Position numbers and translations under genes: made by a program. Shown piece by piece: positions 51,744 through 64,000 of a stretch of DNA of 64,000 bases (position 1 is its first letter; each line of letters begins with the position of its first letter). The notes beneath the pieces are model-generated. The model was not told the origin of the DNA, searched no databases, and worked only from the letters and a program-made list of their open reading frames with translations. The DNA is taken from the NCBI GenBank assembly GCA_951406725.2, contig OX597815.1, positions 54,064,001 to 54,128,000 of the forward strand. Direction: 5' to 3'. The DNA comes from Octopus vulgaris (lineage: Eukaryota).

Positions 51744-54568
51744 GCTCAACAATATCGTTGTTAAGGAACGAAAAGTTTCGATAATGAAAACATTTTCGAA
51801 TTAATTTGGTGTTCTAATCACGAAATCATCGAAGCTTTAATAAGCTTTAACATTATTAGCAGGAGACATTAAAAGCAGAAATTCGATTCTTTAAATTGGG
51901 ATACATCAACACTAATACATCGATTCTTCAAATATTTTATTTTTAAGGAATTTAAAATTGGTTGCATAACTTAGTTCTGTTTATTATAGTAATATTTTCC
52001 AACAACGTGTCATGGGTAATAGCAAAAATCGGTGAATATATAGTTCAAGCGAAATGAAAGGAATGGATTTGTCGTGAGATGTGTAGACTTTAACATTGTA
52101 TGGTTTTGTTCTCTTTATACGAGAAAGGAGAATACAGAATAACTTAAATTTTAGTAAGTGAATAGGCAATGAGTCAGTGCTGGATGGTGAGGGGTTAGAA
52201 GGGAAGAAGGCTATGTTAAGAATATCAGAATTTTGTATAGGTAAGTAGATAAGCACAATAATTTTACAACACAAGGAGACGGAAATAAATTTAGGTAGTT
52301 GAATGGATGGAGTTGGTCATAAAGCTAAGTAAGAACAATACTTCAAGAAAGCATATATGGAGATAAATAGTTACGTAAATAGTAGTGTGGGATTGATGTT
52401 GTTAAACAGAAAGCTGGAATGGAGCGTCACCTCAGTGAAACACTTATATACAGATATGATAATATTACAATATTATGAGATAGATACACTATTGTGCAAG
52501 GTGGAGTGAAAACATACAAGAAAAACACACAATTTTACACACATATAAAGCGTTCAAGAATGTACAAAAGAACCTATTATATTTTCGTTTCAAAACATTG
52601 GAAACTAACTGAATTGTCTGTGCTGTTTGAAGTGATTTTTATGAAGTGATATGTTATTAAAAAAATTCGTTTGTTTGAAGAAGTAGTATGGTTTGAAATA
52701 TGACAAAAGGCTAACAAAAATAAAGAAGACTGAAAAGAAATTATTGAAGAAGGAAAACACGTTATTAGTGTAATTGATATTTTTTTTTAACTTGACAAAC
52801 TTTATTTCTGAGAAAGACACACTATTCCAGCACAGCATGTAAGTTTAAACAGGATGTAGTTTTGTGTTTGATATTATAGAAAATATACATGACATATCTT
52901 ATGATGAAAATGTTTTGAACGAAAATATTTATGTCAAAGAGTATTACAGCAAATGTGTTTACGACAAAAATAAATAAGACAAATTTTGCTGTGGCAAAAA
53001 TATTGGTGGAAGGTTAGCGACCGGTTCTCATTAAAAAGAAAAAAAAACATAAGGAAGATTCAAAATCCGGTTCTATTAGCCAGCTCCGGCTCAGTCGTGT
53101 GCGTACTACAATAATGCAATTAGGAAGTATAACAAGAACAAAAATTCCTTCTTTGTGAGATGAACGGTTCAATGGTATCGCTTATCACTATCATAATGAT
53201 AAAACTATACACCATAATACAGACAGCTTTAATGTTGAAGTTTTAGAAGTTGAAGTATATTTGGAACAGAACTAGTCTTACTGTCGCCCCTATATTCGGT
53301 AAATTCACTGGTATCGACGCAAATGTCATGTTTTATATTGATAAACCTGAAGGAATGTCATGTTTGATGCATCACTACAATTCCATTAATATTTGCCCCC
53401 AAATCGAACAGATGCCAATACAACTAATAGTAAGTTTGCTATTTTAATATTTTATCCAATAAGATATATAAACTGCTGACCAATATAATTTTACGATAAC
53501 CATGAAAAATAGCGACTTAACACCTTTCTTCCTCAGTCCAAGTGGTTGACGTGTAATCGTGACTCAGGCGCACAGCCACGCTCAAACCTACACCACTTGT
53601 CTTTATCCATTTCAAAGTCACTTCCATCTCATAACTTTCAACGGTCCAACCAGAATGCTGAACTACTCTTAGTACTTAGTGTACTACAAATTAATGTATA
53701 TATACGTTTTATTATTAGAACTGAATAAAATATGTACGCATCATTATATTCTTTTCTACTCTAGGCACAAGGCCAAAAAATTGGGGGGAGGGGGCCAATT
53801 GATTAAATCGATCCCAGCATGCAACTAGTACTTAATTTATCAACCCCGCACTTAATCTATCAACTTAATTTATCGAACCTTTCCACCAATATGAATAGTA
53901 ATACAAATACTTGTCGTTAGGTTTACCGGTTCAGTTTAGTTCTGCTGCCTGATTGGAGAGACTTATCTGCAAGCATCAAGTAAGCGCATTTTGCAATGTT
54001 TGTAATGAGTTTATCACAACAAGAGCGAATAAGTAGTTCTTTATAGAATCAACTTTGGTAATGCATATTTCAGCCTTCCTACCGAGAGAGAAGACAAACT
54101 TTGGGCACTTTCTGTGAAACGTCTGCACAGACACTCTAGAAGCCAAGATCTAGAATATTTTCTTTTTTGTATAGTGGGATTTTAAATTATAAAGTTTTAG
54201 GGTATTAAAAACTTAAGCTGAAAAAAAAACGTTTTTAAGTTGTTTTATTTAATACGCATCCTTATAGAAAAAATATATGAAATATGTGGGGATTCACCTA
54301 GTACATTGACGCAGCTACTAGGTGGGCACAAAAAAGTAAGATGACGGTCATAAGGTTCACTACCGCTAGAATTCGGCGGGAATGTAACAACCACTCAAGT
54401 GAATGCTATTTCTTCGTGGTGCATTCTTTCAAATGCCAAGCTTACAAAAACGCATCTACAATTTTGAAGCCGAACCTTCTATAATCCATCGGCCCGACGC
54501 TAGACAGTTCTGAGCTTCCTATACTCTCTGACAGAAAGAGAGAAAGAGAGAGAGAGAAATAGAAACAG

Positions 54569-54605
<37 letters not shown>

Positions 54606-55532
54606 GATCGAGAGGGAGAAAAAAGGAAGAAAGATGAACAGGCAGACAGACAGACAGTCAGACCGACAGAGATACAATGTGTATTTCTGAAAGAGAGAGA
54701 CACAGACAGAGACAGAGAGATACAACGTGCGTATCTGAGAGAGAAATTAAGAGAGAGAGGGAGATGTAGCCGTTTTCAGAAGAAAGTGTTAACTCAGAAC
54801 TAGAGGAAGACATTGTTAATACACATTGCAATTTCAGAGAAGTAGCTAAGAAAAGGAAGATCCACTACAACACAAATTACTGCCTCAATTTCTTGACCAG
54901 AGTCTGTTATGAGTCTAATGCCGAATTTTTCCGCATCTAGGTTCACACTATGAAACTGGCTAGTCACAAGTAGGAAGATATATCAACTAGGGTTTTTTTC
55001 GAGGCCTTTCACCTGTCAGTAGTGGCCATGTTTCTGCCAAACTACAATCAGTCTGTTCGTGACAGCTGGTATCGCAGGTAAATAAATCTAGTGGCTCTTC
55101 TCCATAGATAGCTAATGTATCTCAAATCTGTACTGATCTATACCGAAGAAAGTACTCGTCTCTTCACGTAGTTTACACTGTGCAGCTCCAAAAAGAATAA
55201 ACAGCATCCGGACCTTCTGAGATGCCTTGAAGTACTATGAGTATGACAGCGGTTTCAAAATTACGGTATTTTTTAGGATATTCAAGGTGATGTTACCAGA
55301 GCTTAATGCAGTATTTGGTTTTATACTATTTTATAAGACACAGGATAGCTGATAGCAGTTACTTCATTCAGCAAGCTGGTATCTCACTCTCTTTCATTTT
55401 TCTTATTTAACATCCTTGCATCATGCTCGACAAAAAGTACCAACCTTAAGTTGTAGATCAAGTAACACATAAATTATTACTTTTTCAGTGACGATGCGCT
55501 AGTTTCATAATATTACCTAGTATGATAGGGCA

Positions 55533-55725
55533 GTGAGGTGAGATAATTATTAAGGCACCAGACAAAATGTTTAGTGGTATTGCTTCCGGTTATACATTCT
55601 GAGGTCGACTTTGTCATTCATCTTTTTCAGGTCGATAAAGTAAAAATACCAGTTGAGTACTGGGGCTGATGTAATCGACTACACTCTTTCCTCCAACATA
55701 GCAGGTCTTGTGCCTGTAGTTGAAA
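55533..55725 (+). mobile_element. SINE family B, diverged
   Basis: GAGGTCGACTTTG..GGTCGATAAA..TACCAGTTGAGTACTGGGG..GATGTAATCGACT. Confidence 0.7.
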
Positions 55726-57424
55726 AATATTTTCTAGAATAACGTTTTACCGAAGTTTCCAACCAGTTATGTTAGGAATCTTTAATAGAATATTTAAACA
55801 AATCATTTAAATATTAGTGTTGACCTCACATGCAACCTACCTAAAATTGTGAACAACCACCACACAAAATGTCGACGCTATCGAGAAGAGAACAAAGTAT
55901 GCTGCAAATTATTTTGCACAGTCCGTATGTGATGCAATTTATAACTTGTCGTGAACATCATACTGAGGTTAATCAATCTTGTTTCTTTTAGGACACTGAA
56001 CTAAAACTACTGGTACCTGTGGAAGTACGTAGCCTAGTGGTTAGGTTGTTGGACTCGTTATCGCTCGTAATATCGTGGCTTGATTTCTAGAAGAGACGGC
56101 ATATCTGTTTTAAAAAATTTAATACTCCACTGAGTGTAATTCCAGTCCAAGTTGTTGAAAAAGATTACACACAGCAGCTGGGGATTCGGGAGGAGTATTG
56201 CGCTCTCGGTCGTTTATACCCCACTGAAATGGGATAAACTCTGGATTAATTATCCTGTAAGCTCGTGTCAGACCTAAGAGATAAGTCTAATAACTGTGAC
56301 TGGTGGGTCATTTGGAATTTTCTGAGAGAGGTGATACTGTTTCTTTCGTGCTAAACTGAACTATGCCGTGCTAATTGCATAAGATAAAAAAATAAGTATG
56401 GAAAACAAACAGGAAGAAAGAAAACTGGAATAAGAAAGCGAAATTTGCACAGTTGTAAAAGCATACATGTAAAATTTAAAATCTCAGTATTCACAGACAG
56501 ACAGATAATTTAAGCGGCCTAAGAAATTCTGCAACGAAGCATCTGCGACAACAGGAATAGCTGCTTTCACGGTATTTAAAAGAATATGCTAAAAGACGAG
56601 CAACATTAGAGTATTAACAAATCAATGCCGAAAAACTATTAAGAAAGTATTGTATTTCCATTTTTATTTTCAGTTTCTCACAATTATTTACACCAAAATC
56701 TTCTGACAGAATCTTCGACTGCATTATTCTGTTATTTTACAATCTTATGTGGAAATCATACAATGCACTTCCTATTTACTAGAGCTATATTGCGATATCT
56801 AATTAACTGATTGAAAATTAGCTATTGCTTATATTTACTCTATTTTCCCCCTATGTTTTCTACTTGAACGTTTAACAAAAGAGAAATAAACAGATATATG
56901 GTTATAGTGAAACAAGAAATTAGTATGCAGTACTTTTTTCTTTTGGAAGCGAAATTTAGTAAAAAAAATAAAACAATTGAGCTTAGAAAAATCAAGATTA
57001 AAGAACTTATGTTTGCGTTCAGAGAAGTTGTTAAAATAGCATACACACACAAACACACATAGACACGCTCAGTCACTCAGTCACTCACTCACATACACGT
57101 ACGCAAATAAATGAAAAAAATTAGTAGTTTTATCTGTTATATCCAACTAGGTTATACATTCTGTAATAAAGACTATCCTTTATTAGAGACAAAGATTCCG
57201 ATAGAAGTCCAAAAATAAAGGAACTTGACTAGATACAGCAAAGTACTTAGTGTAGTAACTCTACTGGCTCTGCTAGGTACTGCATCTATCATGTTAGTAT
57301 TGGGATTTCCATAATAGTACATGATCATTTACCAAAAGCTCTTTAAAATCATAAACAAGGTGGAGAATATACCGTTGATTTTGTTTCTATGAAATATTAA
57401 AAAATTGCACTATTAGGAGTGATA

Positions 57425-58042
57425 TCTCTTATTATAAAAGGCAGATTTTTATAGAAATCTACAATATAGGATTTCTTCAATTACAATTTACCTAGCATTT
57501 TTAAGAGTAGAATACATCGGGTCGTGCCAGGTCCAGTTTTTCAAATTTCAACCCCAATTAAGCAAAATTTCGAGAAAACTCACATTTTGGTGTGTAAGTG
57601 AAGTGCTTTTCTTAGTGTGGGCTACAGTACACACACACGCACACACACACAAACGGAGCGACCAGCTTCACTGATGCTATCACCCTAATTTCTCTTTGCA
57701 AGTGTGCAACGATTAAAGTGAAAGTATTTCTCTTTGCAAGTGTACCTTAAACCACTACTCAAAAAAAACAACAACACAGCAAACAGAAACAAATAAATAC
57801 ATAACGATTTACTCCTCACACAATTTCTTCAATTAGAGTTTACCTATGATTTTTCAAAGTACTTCCATTCGGTCATGGCATACAAAATTTCTTTCAATTT
57901 CACCCCCATTTCAGAAAAAATTCGAGAAAACTAAATATTTTACCATTTCACTCTGCAAATTACTCCCACTTCCTCTTTACACACATAGACACGCAAATAT
58001 ATAAATAAAATTGTAAGCTAACGTGTGTGTGTGTGTGTGTGT

Positions 58043-58073
<31 letters not shown>

Positions 58074-58645
58074 CGTGTGTGTGTGCGAGGGTGCGTATGT
58101 GTGTGTGCGTGTGTGTGAGCGTGTGACAGGAAAGATTTTTAGGACGAATATAAGATCTAAAGTATATCCAAGTAGCAGAAAGATCGCCCAAAAGTCTATA
58201 TAGATATTTAAATATATTTATATATTCATCTATACACAGATGTATTATAATGTGTGTGTATATACTTCCATAGACGTAACCATTCACTCCGCACAAAGTT
58301 TTTAGGACGAAAATAAGATCTTAAGTTATCTCTAAGTAGCAGAAAGATCGCCCAAAAGTGTATATAGATATATAAATGTATTTATATATCCATCTATGCA
58401 CACATGTATGCATAACGTCTGTGTATATATTTCCATAGAAGTAACCATTCACTCCATACAAAGTTTTTTAGGACGAAAATAAGATCTAAAGTTATCTCTA
58501 AGAAAAAGAAAGATCGCCCAAAAGTGTATATAGATATTTAAATGTATTTATATATTCATCTATACACACATGTATGTATAATGTGCGTGTATATATTTCC
58601 ATAGAGGTAACCATTCAATCCATACAAAGTTTTTTAGGACGAAAA
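57425..58645 (+). mobile_element. Helitron-like 5' segment with an internal duplication and a ~165-bp minisatellite
   Basis: A^TCTCTTATTATAAAAGGCAGATTTT start; internal similarity between about 57470-57585 and about 57820-57940; minisatellite units at about 58131, 58295, 58460 and 58626. Confidence 0.6.
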
Positions 58646-59490
58646 TCTTTATATATAAAAGAAAGGTTGTGTGTCTGTCTATTCCGATTTAGATTCCTAA
58701 CTACTCCCACATTTTGCGATGCAGTTTAACCAAAACCGGTTATCTTATAGTCGTGATTCATATCGAGCCCTTCTGGGTATTAGCGCGCGTCTACGATGAG
58801 TCTACGATTTTACAAATAATTTACCATCATTTTTTCCATTTTAATGCATATTTTTTAAATAAAGGGAAGTAACTCTCAAACTTCACACCAATATGCGTGC
58901 TCATATGCGACGTAATATCACATCAGCAGCATTTCCTCACACCCTCCTTGCACTTGGCGAAGGCAAAATACCAGGGGATGAAACTGGTAATATTGCCATC
59001 GATTCCATTTGTACCTTTGTTAAGACGCCTTCTGATCTCAGAGATGCAGTGTTCCCAGATCTACAAGCTAATTATCAGAATATGGATTGGATTGGCCAAA
59101 AGGCTATACTGGCCCCGAGGAATAAAACTGTTCACCATATTAATGATGAAATGCTAAAACTCATTCCTGGGGAAGTCTATGTATATCAGTCTATCGATAC
59201 AACTCCTGACGCAGAGGACGTCATCAACTATCCAATAGAGGTACTCAATTCCTTTGAGCACCCCGGACTACCACCACACTTTCTCAAACTTAAAGTTGGT
59301 GCCCCTATAATGCTCATCAGATATTTGGTTCCCCCAAAACAATGCAATGGCACACGTTTGATCGTTAAGTCCTTATCTCCCACCGTAAACTTATATCAAT
59401 ACTTGCCTGAATAATCATCATAATTCAGTGCAATCATTAACAGTACTTTCAAGCAATTCAGCCCCGAGCAACGCCGGGCAATTCTGCTAG
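58646..59490 (+). mobile_element. Internally deleted Helitron retaining part of the PIF1-like helicase
   Basis: 5' A^TCTTTATATATAAAAG; 3' hairpin CCCG.GC-aac-GCCGGG plus CTAG^T at 59487-59491; helicase ORF inside. Confidence 0.9.
58893..59390 (+). pseudogene. Helitron Rep/Hel PIF1-family helicase fragment
   Basis: NMR..LLALGEG, AILAPRN..V..IN, YPIEVLNS..PGLPPH.LKLKVGAPIMLIR..CNGTRL. Confidence 0.92.
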
Positions 59491-59733
59491 TTGGTACAAA
59501 TATCAAAAAAAATTATTCAAATAGCATTTGCTAGTAACATGTTCTGAAAGTAGTACGATTATGTGGTTCTAAACTCACGTAGGTACGTTTTTCTCTTCTC
59601 TGGAGACAACAATATGAATACTGTGAAATAGAAAAACAAAAGAGGGGTGGGGCATAATGAGATATATTTATTGCATTTTATACTTTGAGAAAGAGGATCT
59701 TGGAAAAATGGCATATGATACGAAATTAATGAA

Positions 59734-59857
59734 ACGAGTAAGTAAATCCTCGACATAAAATATTCTCTATAGCTTCTTCACGATTTTCTCTATAGCTTCT
59801 TCACGAGTAAGTAAATCCTCGACATAAAATATTCTCTATAGCTTCTTCACGATTTTC
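59734..59857. repeat. Local tandem duplication of ACGAGTAAGTAAATCCTCGACATAAAATATTCTCTATAGCTTCTTCACGA (x2) with an internal partial repeat
   Basis: Directly visible, with exact copies. Confidence 0.9.
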
Positions 59858-60951
59858 ACTTACTGATATATTTATGCACCATGCAGTGAAAGAGATGAAA
59901 TTATTGAAATTAGTTATTACTAATTTTCCCCATTTTAGACATCATTTTTTGGAAGATTGAAAATAATCAAATTAGACATTAGTGTGGGACAAATTAACTT
60001 GGAACCCTACAGAGAAGAGAATATTGATTGTTAAGTACTAACATTTTTCCATATATTTTGTTATGAACCTCCATTACAACTGGGTCACATTTGAGGACAA
60101 ATTACTTGAAAAAAGTACCTGTCACCTGACTGTTTCAAATCCTCTAATCTTCAACAACATCAACAACTATGTTGACCAATTTCTACTCCCAGGGATGAGG
60201 CAATAGTATATGATTATGCAATACTCGCAGTGTAATGATTTCAAACAGGTAAGGAGAAGATAACAGGAAATCAGAAATTACTCATTTTGTCTAGATACCA
60301 ATCTTGCCCCACTAAGTCTTTGGGACTATCTTTAGCTAACTGTGTGATTGCAGACGAAAAGGAATGTCTTACCGGTTCGATCTTGTAAATAACTTGGAGT
60401 ACAAAACTACGGTACAAAAGCGTTTACGTAAAGATATTTTCAAAAGTTTCAACCAAAAATGCGCCTATATAAATATAGCAGCAACCTTTCGTTCCCCTTG
60501 AAGCATTGAAAAGAATGTACGATTTGCACGTTAGTACCATCACTGAATTTAAAGAAAGTGAGAGGGAACAGAGCAGAATGCCAATGGAAATTGTTACAGC
60601 ATTATTGATATCTTTTATATTCTGAGTTCAAATCCTGCTGAGGACTCCTTCCTTCTTGTGGTATCCACAAAATCGAGTTCATTCCACCACTACTGTCTTC
60701 AACATATTTACTATCAAATGCGACTTTAGGTCAGAATTATTGTTGTTTTTAAGCTGGAATCGTCGGCAGAATCACTGGGCTGGCTGCAATTTTTTACACT
60801 TTATTTTTGCCTTGAAATCGAAACCATGTAAAACAAATTTAGTTATTTTAAAAGAACTTTAAATAAAAATAAGATCATATAAATGAAATAACTCACCTCT
60901 AGTATATGCTTTTCAGTCAGGAGTTGTAAAAATATCGACATGTTAAGGGAG

Positions 60952-61107
<156 letters not shown>

Positions 61108-61619
61108 GTAACTACAACAAGGACACTAGAAAGAACAACAAAATGAACAAACGGAAATAAATGGAACTGCGTGACAAATTAATACAGCAAACTAAAATTT
61201 TTGGATGTGAATTCCGCTAGCTTTGGTTGATGGCCGAGAACTTGAAATGAAAAACTGAAACGTTGATTATGGACGTTCAGGAACAAGCCATTTAGCGCTA
61301 AACTATTCAGCACAATTCGTGCGTAATTAAGCCAGCAACACCTAGTCGAACAAACACTTTCGCGCATGCGTGATACAATAATGGTGATGTTCTTTACTGT
61401 TATATGTGAATGTAAATATGTTTGCAAATTGTTTTTGTTACATGTTATTCTGTGTTCTGAATACTTTTATTTTAATAAATGTTGCTTACTGCAAGTTAGG
61501 GATGATACTTTTATGATTTCATTGCTTTCAGGCTTAGCTTAAGGTATTTTCGCGCCCGACATAAAAAAAATGCGTCTGCGTATATATTGCCGGACAGCAA
61601 ATAGAGACTCGAACATTGC

Positions 61620-61720
61620 TTAGAAAATATTTTTCATTTTTAACCACGTATATAGTATGCACTAGAGATTTTGACCTTTAAATTTTGGGGAAAAAATGCG
61701 GATTATACTTGAGGATTTAC

Positions 61721-61722
<2 letters not shown>
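61620..61722. mobile_element. Single terminal inverted repeat of a pogo/Tc2-like DNA transposon
   Basis: Reverse complement TA-CCGTAAATCCTCAAGTATAATCCGCA..GTGCATACTATATACG has the CCGTA..GTATAA form of Tc2/pogo ends; no partner TIR found. Confidence 0.4.
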
Positions 61723-61810
<88 letters not shown>

Positions 61811-61811
<1 letters not shown>

Positions 61812-62007
61812 CTGGGCCCCATCTGCAAGGTCATGCGCTGTTTATCTTGATATGAGATCACCATGTCGCGCACATATGGTTGTGATGCATGTGCCTGGTA
61901 TACCCTTATCAGACGGGTAGTCATGATGGGTATATTGGGATCGTATATTTTACCCCAGTGTCACTTTCATGGCATGAACTGCTCTCTCACTCAATAATAA
62001 TAATAAT
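61811..62007 (+). mobile_element. Short retroposon 3' end with an (AAT)n tail, inside an (AAT)n tract
   Basis: GC-richer island of about 180 bp between (AAT)n at 61723-61809 and (AAT)5 at 61993-62007. Confidence 0.5.
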
Positions 62008-63410
62008 CTAACAATAGGAAAACCTAACAATAGCATGGATAGATAATAGGAAAGCCTATGATATGATCCCACACTCATAGATAAGTGTATATTTGAGTAT
62101 ATTCAGTATAGTAGACAACATAAGAGAATTAATTAGCTGTAGCATGAAGAAATGGAAAGTAGATCTCTACTCAGGTGACACACTCTTAGGGATAGTTAAT
62201 ATCAAAAGAAGAGTTTTGCAAGAGGTCTCGTGGTCCCCTTTAATATTTGTTTCGTGTTTGATCCCGCTTAGTTTAGTATTACGGAAGGCAATGGCGGGGA
62301 TTAGTTCAGAAAGATTTATGGAAAAATTTACCATTTGCTCTACATTGATGATCTGAAATTTTTACTAAGAATGAACAAGAGATAAATTCTTTAATACAGA
62401 CAGTAAGACTCTTCAGCAAAGATATATGCATGGAATTTGGCATAGATAAGTGTGCAATATTAGTCATGAGAAGGAGATAGATAGTCAACAGCGAAGGCAT
62501 CCAATTGCCAAATAGCCAAAAATTAAAATCATTGAAAGGCGTAGAGAGTTGTAAGTATCTAGGAATTTTAGAATCTGACAGAGTACTAACTACAGAAATG
62601 AAAACGAAAATTGAGGAGTACATCAGCAGGGTGAGGAAGCTAATGAAGTCAAAGCTAAATAGTCCGAATCTAGTGAAGGCTGTAAATACTTGCGCAGTAT
62701 CATTACTTAGATACTCATCAACTTTTGTATATTGGACAAACACTGCATTAGCGAAGGTAGATAGAAGAAGTGGGAAGAAATTTAATGTGAATAGAGAATT
62801 CCATCCAAGGGCAGGAGTAACAAGATTATACCTAACTAGAAAGGAAGACAGAAGAGGTTTAATATGAGTAGAAAACTGCGTGTAGTTAACTAGAGTAGAT
62901 ATAGACTCCTATGTAGGTAATAGTGAAGACACTTTATTAAAAGCTGCCAGAGTCACAGCAAGACATAGGGAAACCAAAAACCCCAAACGAAGGTAAAAAT
63001 CAGAAAAACGAACAGAAATTATCTGACTGGCAGGAGAAGGCGTTCCATGGTAGATTCCCAAAGATAGTTGCAGCAAATAGTAGTAGTGAGATATGGTTAT
63101 GGTTGCAGAAAGGAAAGCTGAAGAGGGAGACAGAAAGTTTGTCAGTTGCACAAGATCAAGCATCAATGGATAAAAGCCAAGATAAAAAAAGCCAAGTAGA
63201 TTCTCAATTTAGATTATGCAAATCAAAAGAGGAAAGCGTTACTCATATAGTAAGTGAATGTAGCATGCTGGCGCAGAAAGAATACAAAAAAAGACAGGAC
63301 AATCTAGGGAGACCAATCCACTGGGAGCTATGTAGAAAGCTAGGATTTGAACATACAGAACAATGTTATAAACATGAACCTAGTAAAGTACTAGAATGTA
63401 AGAAAGTTGG
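62008..63410 (+). mobile_element. Old degenerate R4/Dong-type LINE fragment
   Basis: IAWIDNRKAYDMIPHS, YIDDLK, MEFGIDKCA, KYLGILES, LVKAVNT, FHPRAGVTRLYL and RLCKSKEESVTHIVSEC..YKKRQD; many stops; starts at an (AAT)n tract. Confidence 0.85.
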
Positions 63411-63439
63411 TAGTTGTAGATGAAGAGAATAGTAAGTGC

Positions 63440-63615
63440 CATGAGAAATGTTTGTATATTATGACTATCTGTCTTTACGTTCTGATTTCAAATTCTACCG
63501 AGGTCAACTTTGCCTTTCGTCTTTTGGGATCGATAAACTAAGTACTAGTTGTGTACTGGGGTCGATCTAATCAACTGGCCCCCGCCCCAACAAATATTTC
63601 AGGCCTAGAAAAGTA
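63440..63615 (+). mobile_element. SINE family B, diverged
   Basis: TTACGTTCTGA.TTCAAATTC..CCGAGGTCAACTTTGCCTTTC..TACTGGGGTCGATCTAATC. Confidence 0.7.
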
Positions 63616-63810
63616 TATTGTGACAGTTACAGAATATAGAAAGTAATGTAACACCAATGACTATATAATCAAACCAAAATATTTGTTACACAAACGTAAA
63701 CGGAATTACTATTTAACCTTAGAATACATCGTACATATTCAAAGAACCTTCTTGGTTTAGTGGTACGGAACGGTTTTCTGGTATTCTTTTACTTGTTTCA
63801 GTCCATTGAC

Positions 63811-64000
63811 CTGTACGGTCGACCTAGATAGCATGTGTAGACGAGGTACCGATTACTGGAAGCTAAACAAGTCGCTATTGGACTGTGAAGCCTACAGGAA
63901 GCAGATTAGACAGTAATGAGGGCGTTAACCGAATCCATTATCAACAAATGGTGGTACGCGCTGAAAAGAGCCATGAAATTTGAGTCGATTAGGTTTAGCA
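63811..64000 (+). mobile_element. L1/Tx1-clade LINE ORF2 fragment (post-endonuclease linker), runs off the window
   Basis: RGTDYWKLNKSLLDCEAYRKQI (cf. G.GYWKLN.SLL), then NKWWYALKRAMKFESIRFS (cf. WW..LK..IK..SI.YS). Confidence 0.7.

Noticed and set aside
51950-52460. Very old minus-strand LINE RT remnant
   Set aside because: Only a faint resemblance (CFTEVTLHSS, cf. YADDxTLH); too degraded to support as a feature.
60193-60248. Plus-strand exon-like segment ending CAG|GTAAGG
   Set aside because: Stop codons in all three frames and no other support.

Overview
AT-rich eukaryotic DNA, almost certainly intronic or intergenic, saturated with microsatellites and transposable elements. The SINE types and the (TA)/(TACA)/(AAT) landscape look like a coleoid cephalopod genome, most likely Octopus; this is my recognition, not a database match. 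No host protein-coding gene could be confidently identified, only a few weak exon candidates. Recognisable elements: five R4/Dong-type restriction-endonuclease LINE pieces sitting in (AAT)n or (CATA)n tracts; CR1-like and Tx1/L1-like LINE fragments; two Penelope-like (PLE) GIY-YIG fragments; a near full-length DD34D mariner and four other Tc1/mariner or pogo remnants; several Helitrons; and about 20 tRNA-derived SINE copies. One Helitron cleanly splits a PLE ORF, and another appears to be a composite element. The most unusual signal is a set of minimal hammerhead-ribozyme-like motifs tied to PLE-type repeats. These include an apparently intact U3-A8 variant at about 23.77 kb and a young 481-bp tandem array whose 140-bp fold-back arm ends at a predicted self-cleavage site. 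Most ORF-track entries are microsatellite artefacts.
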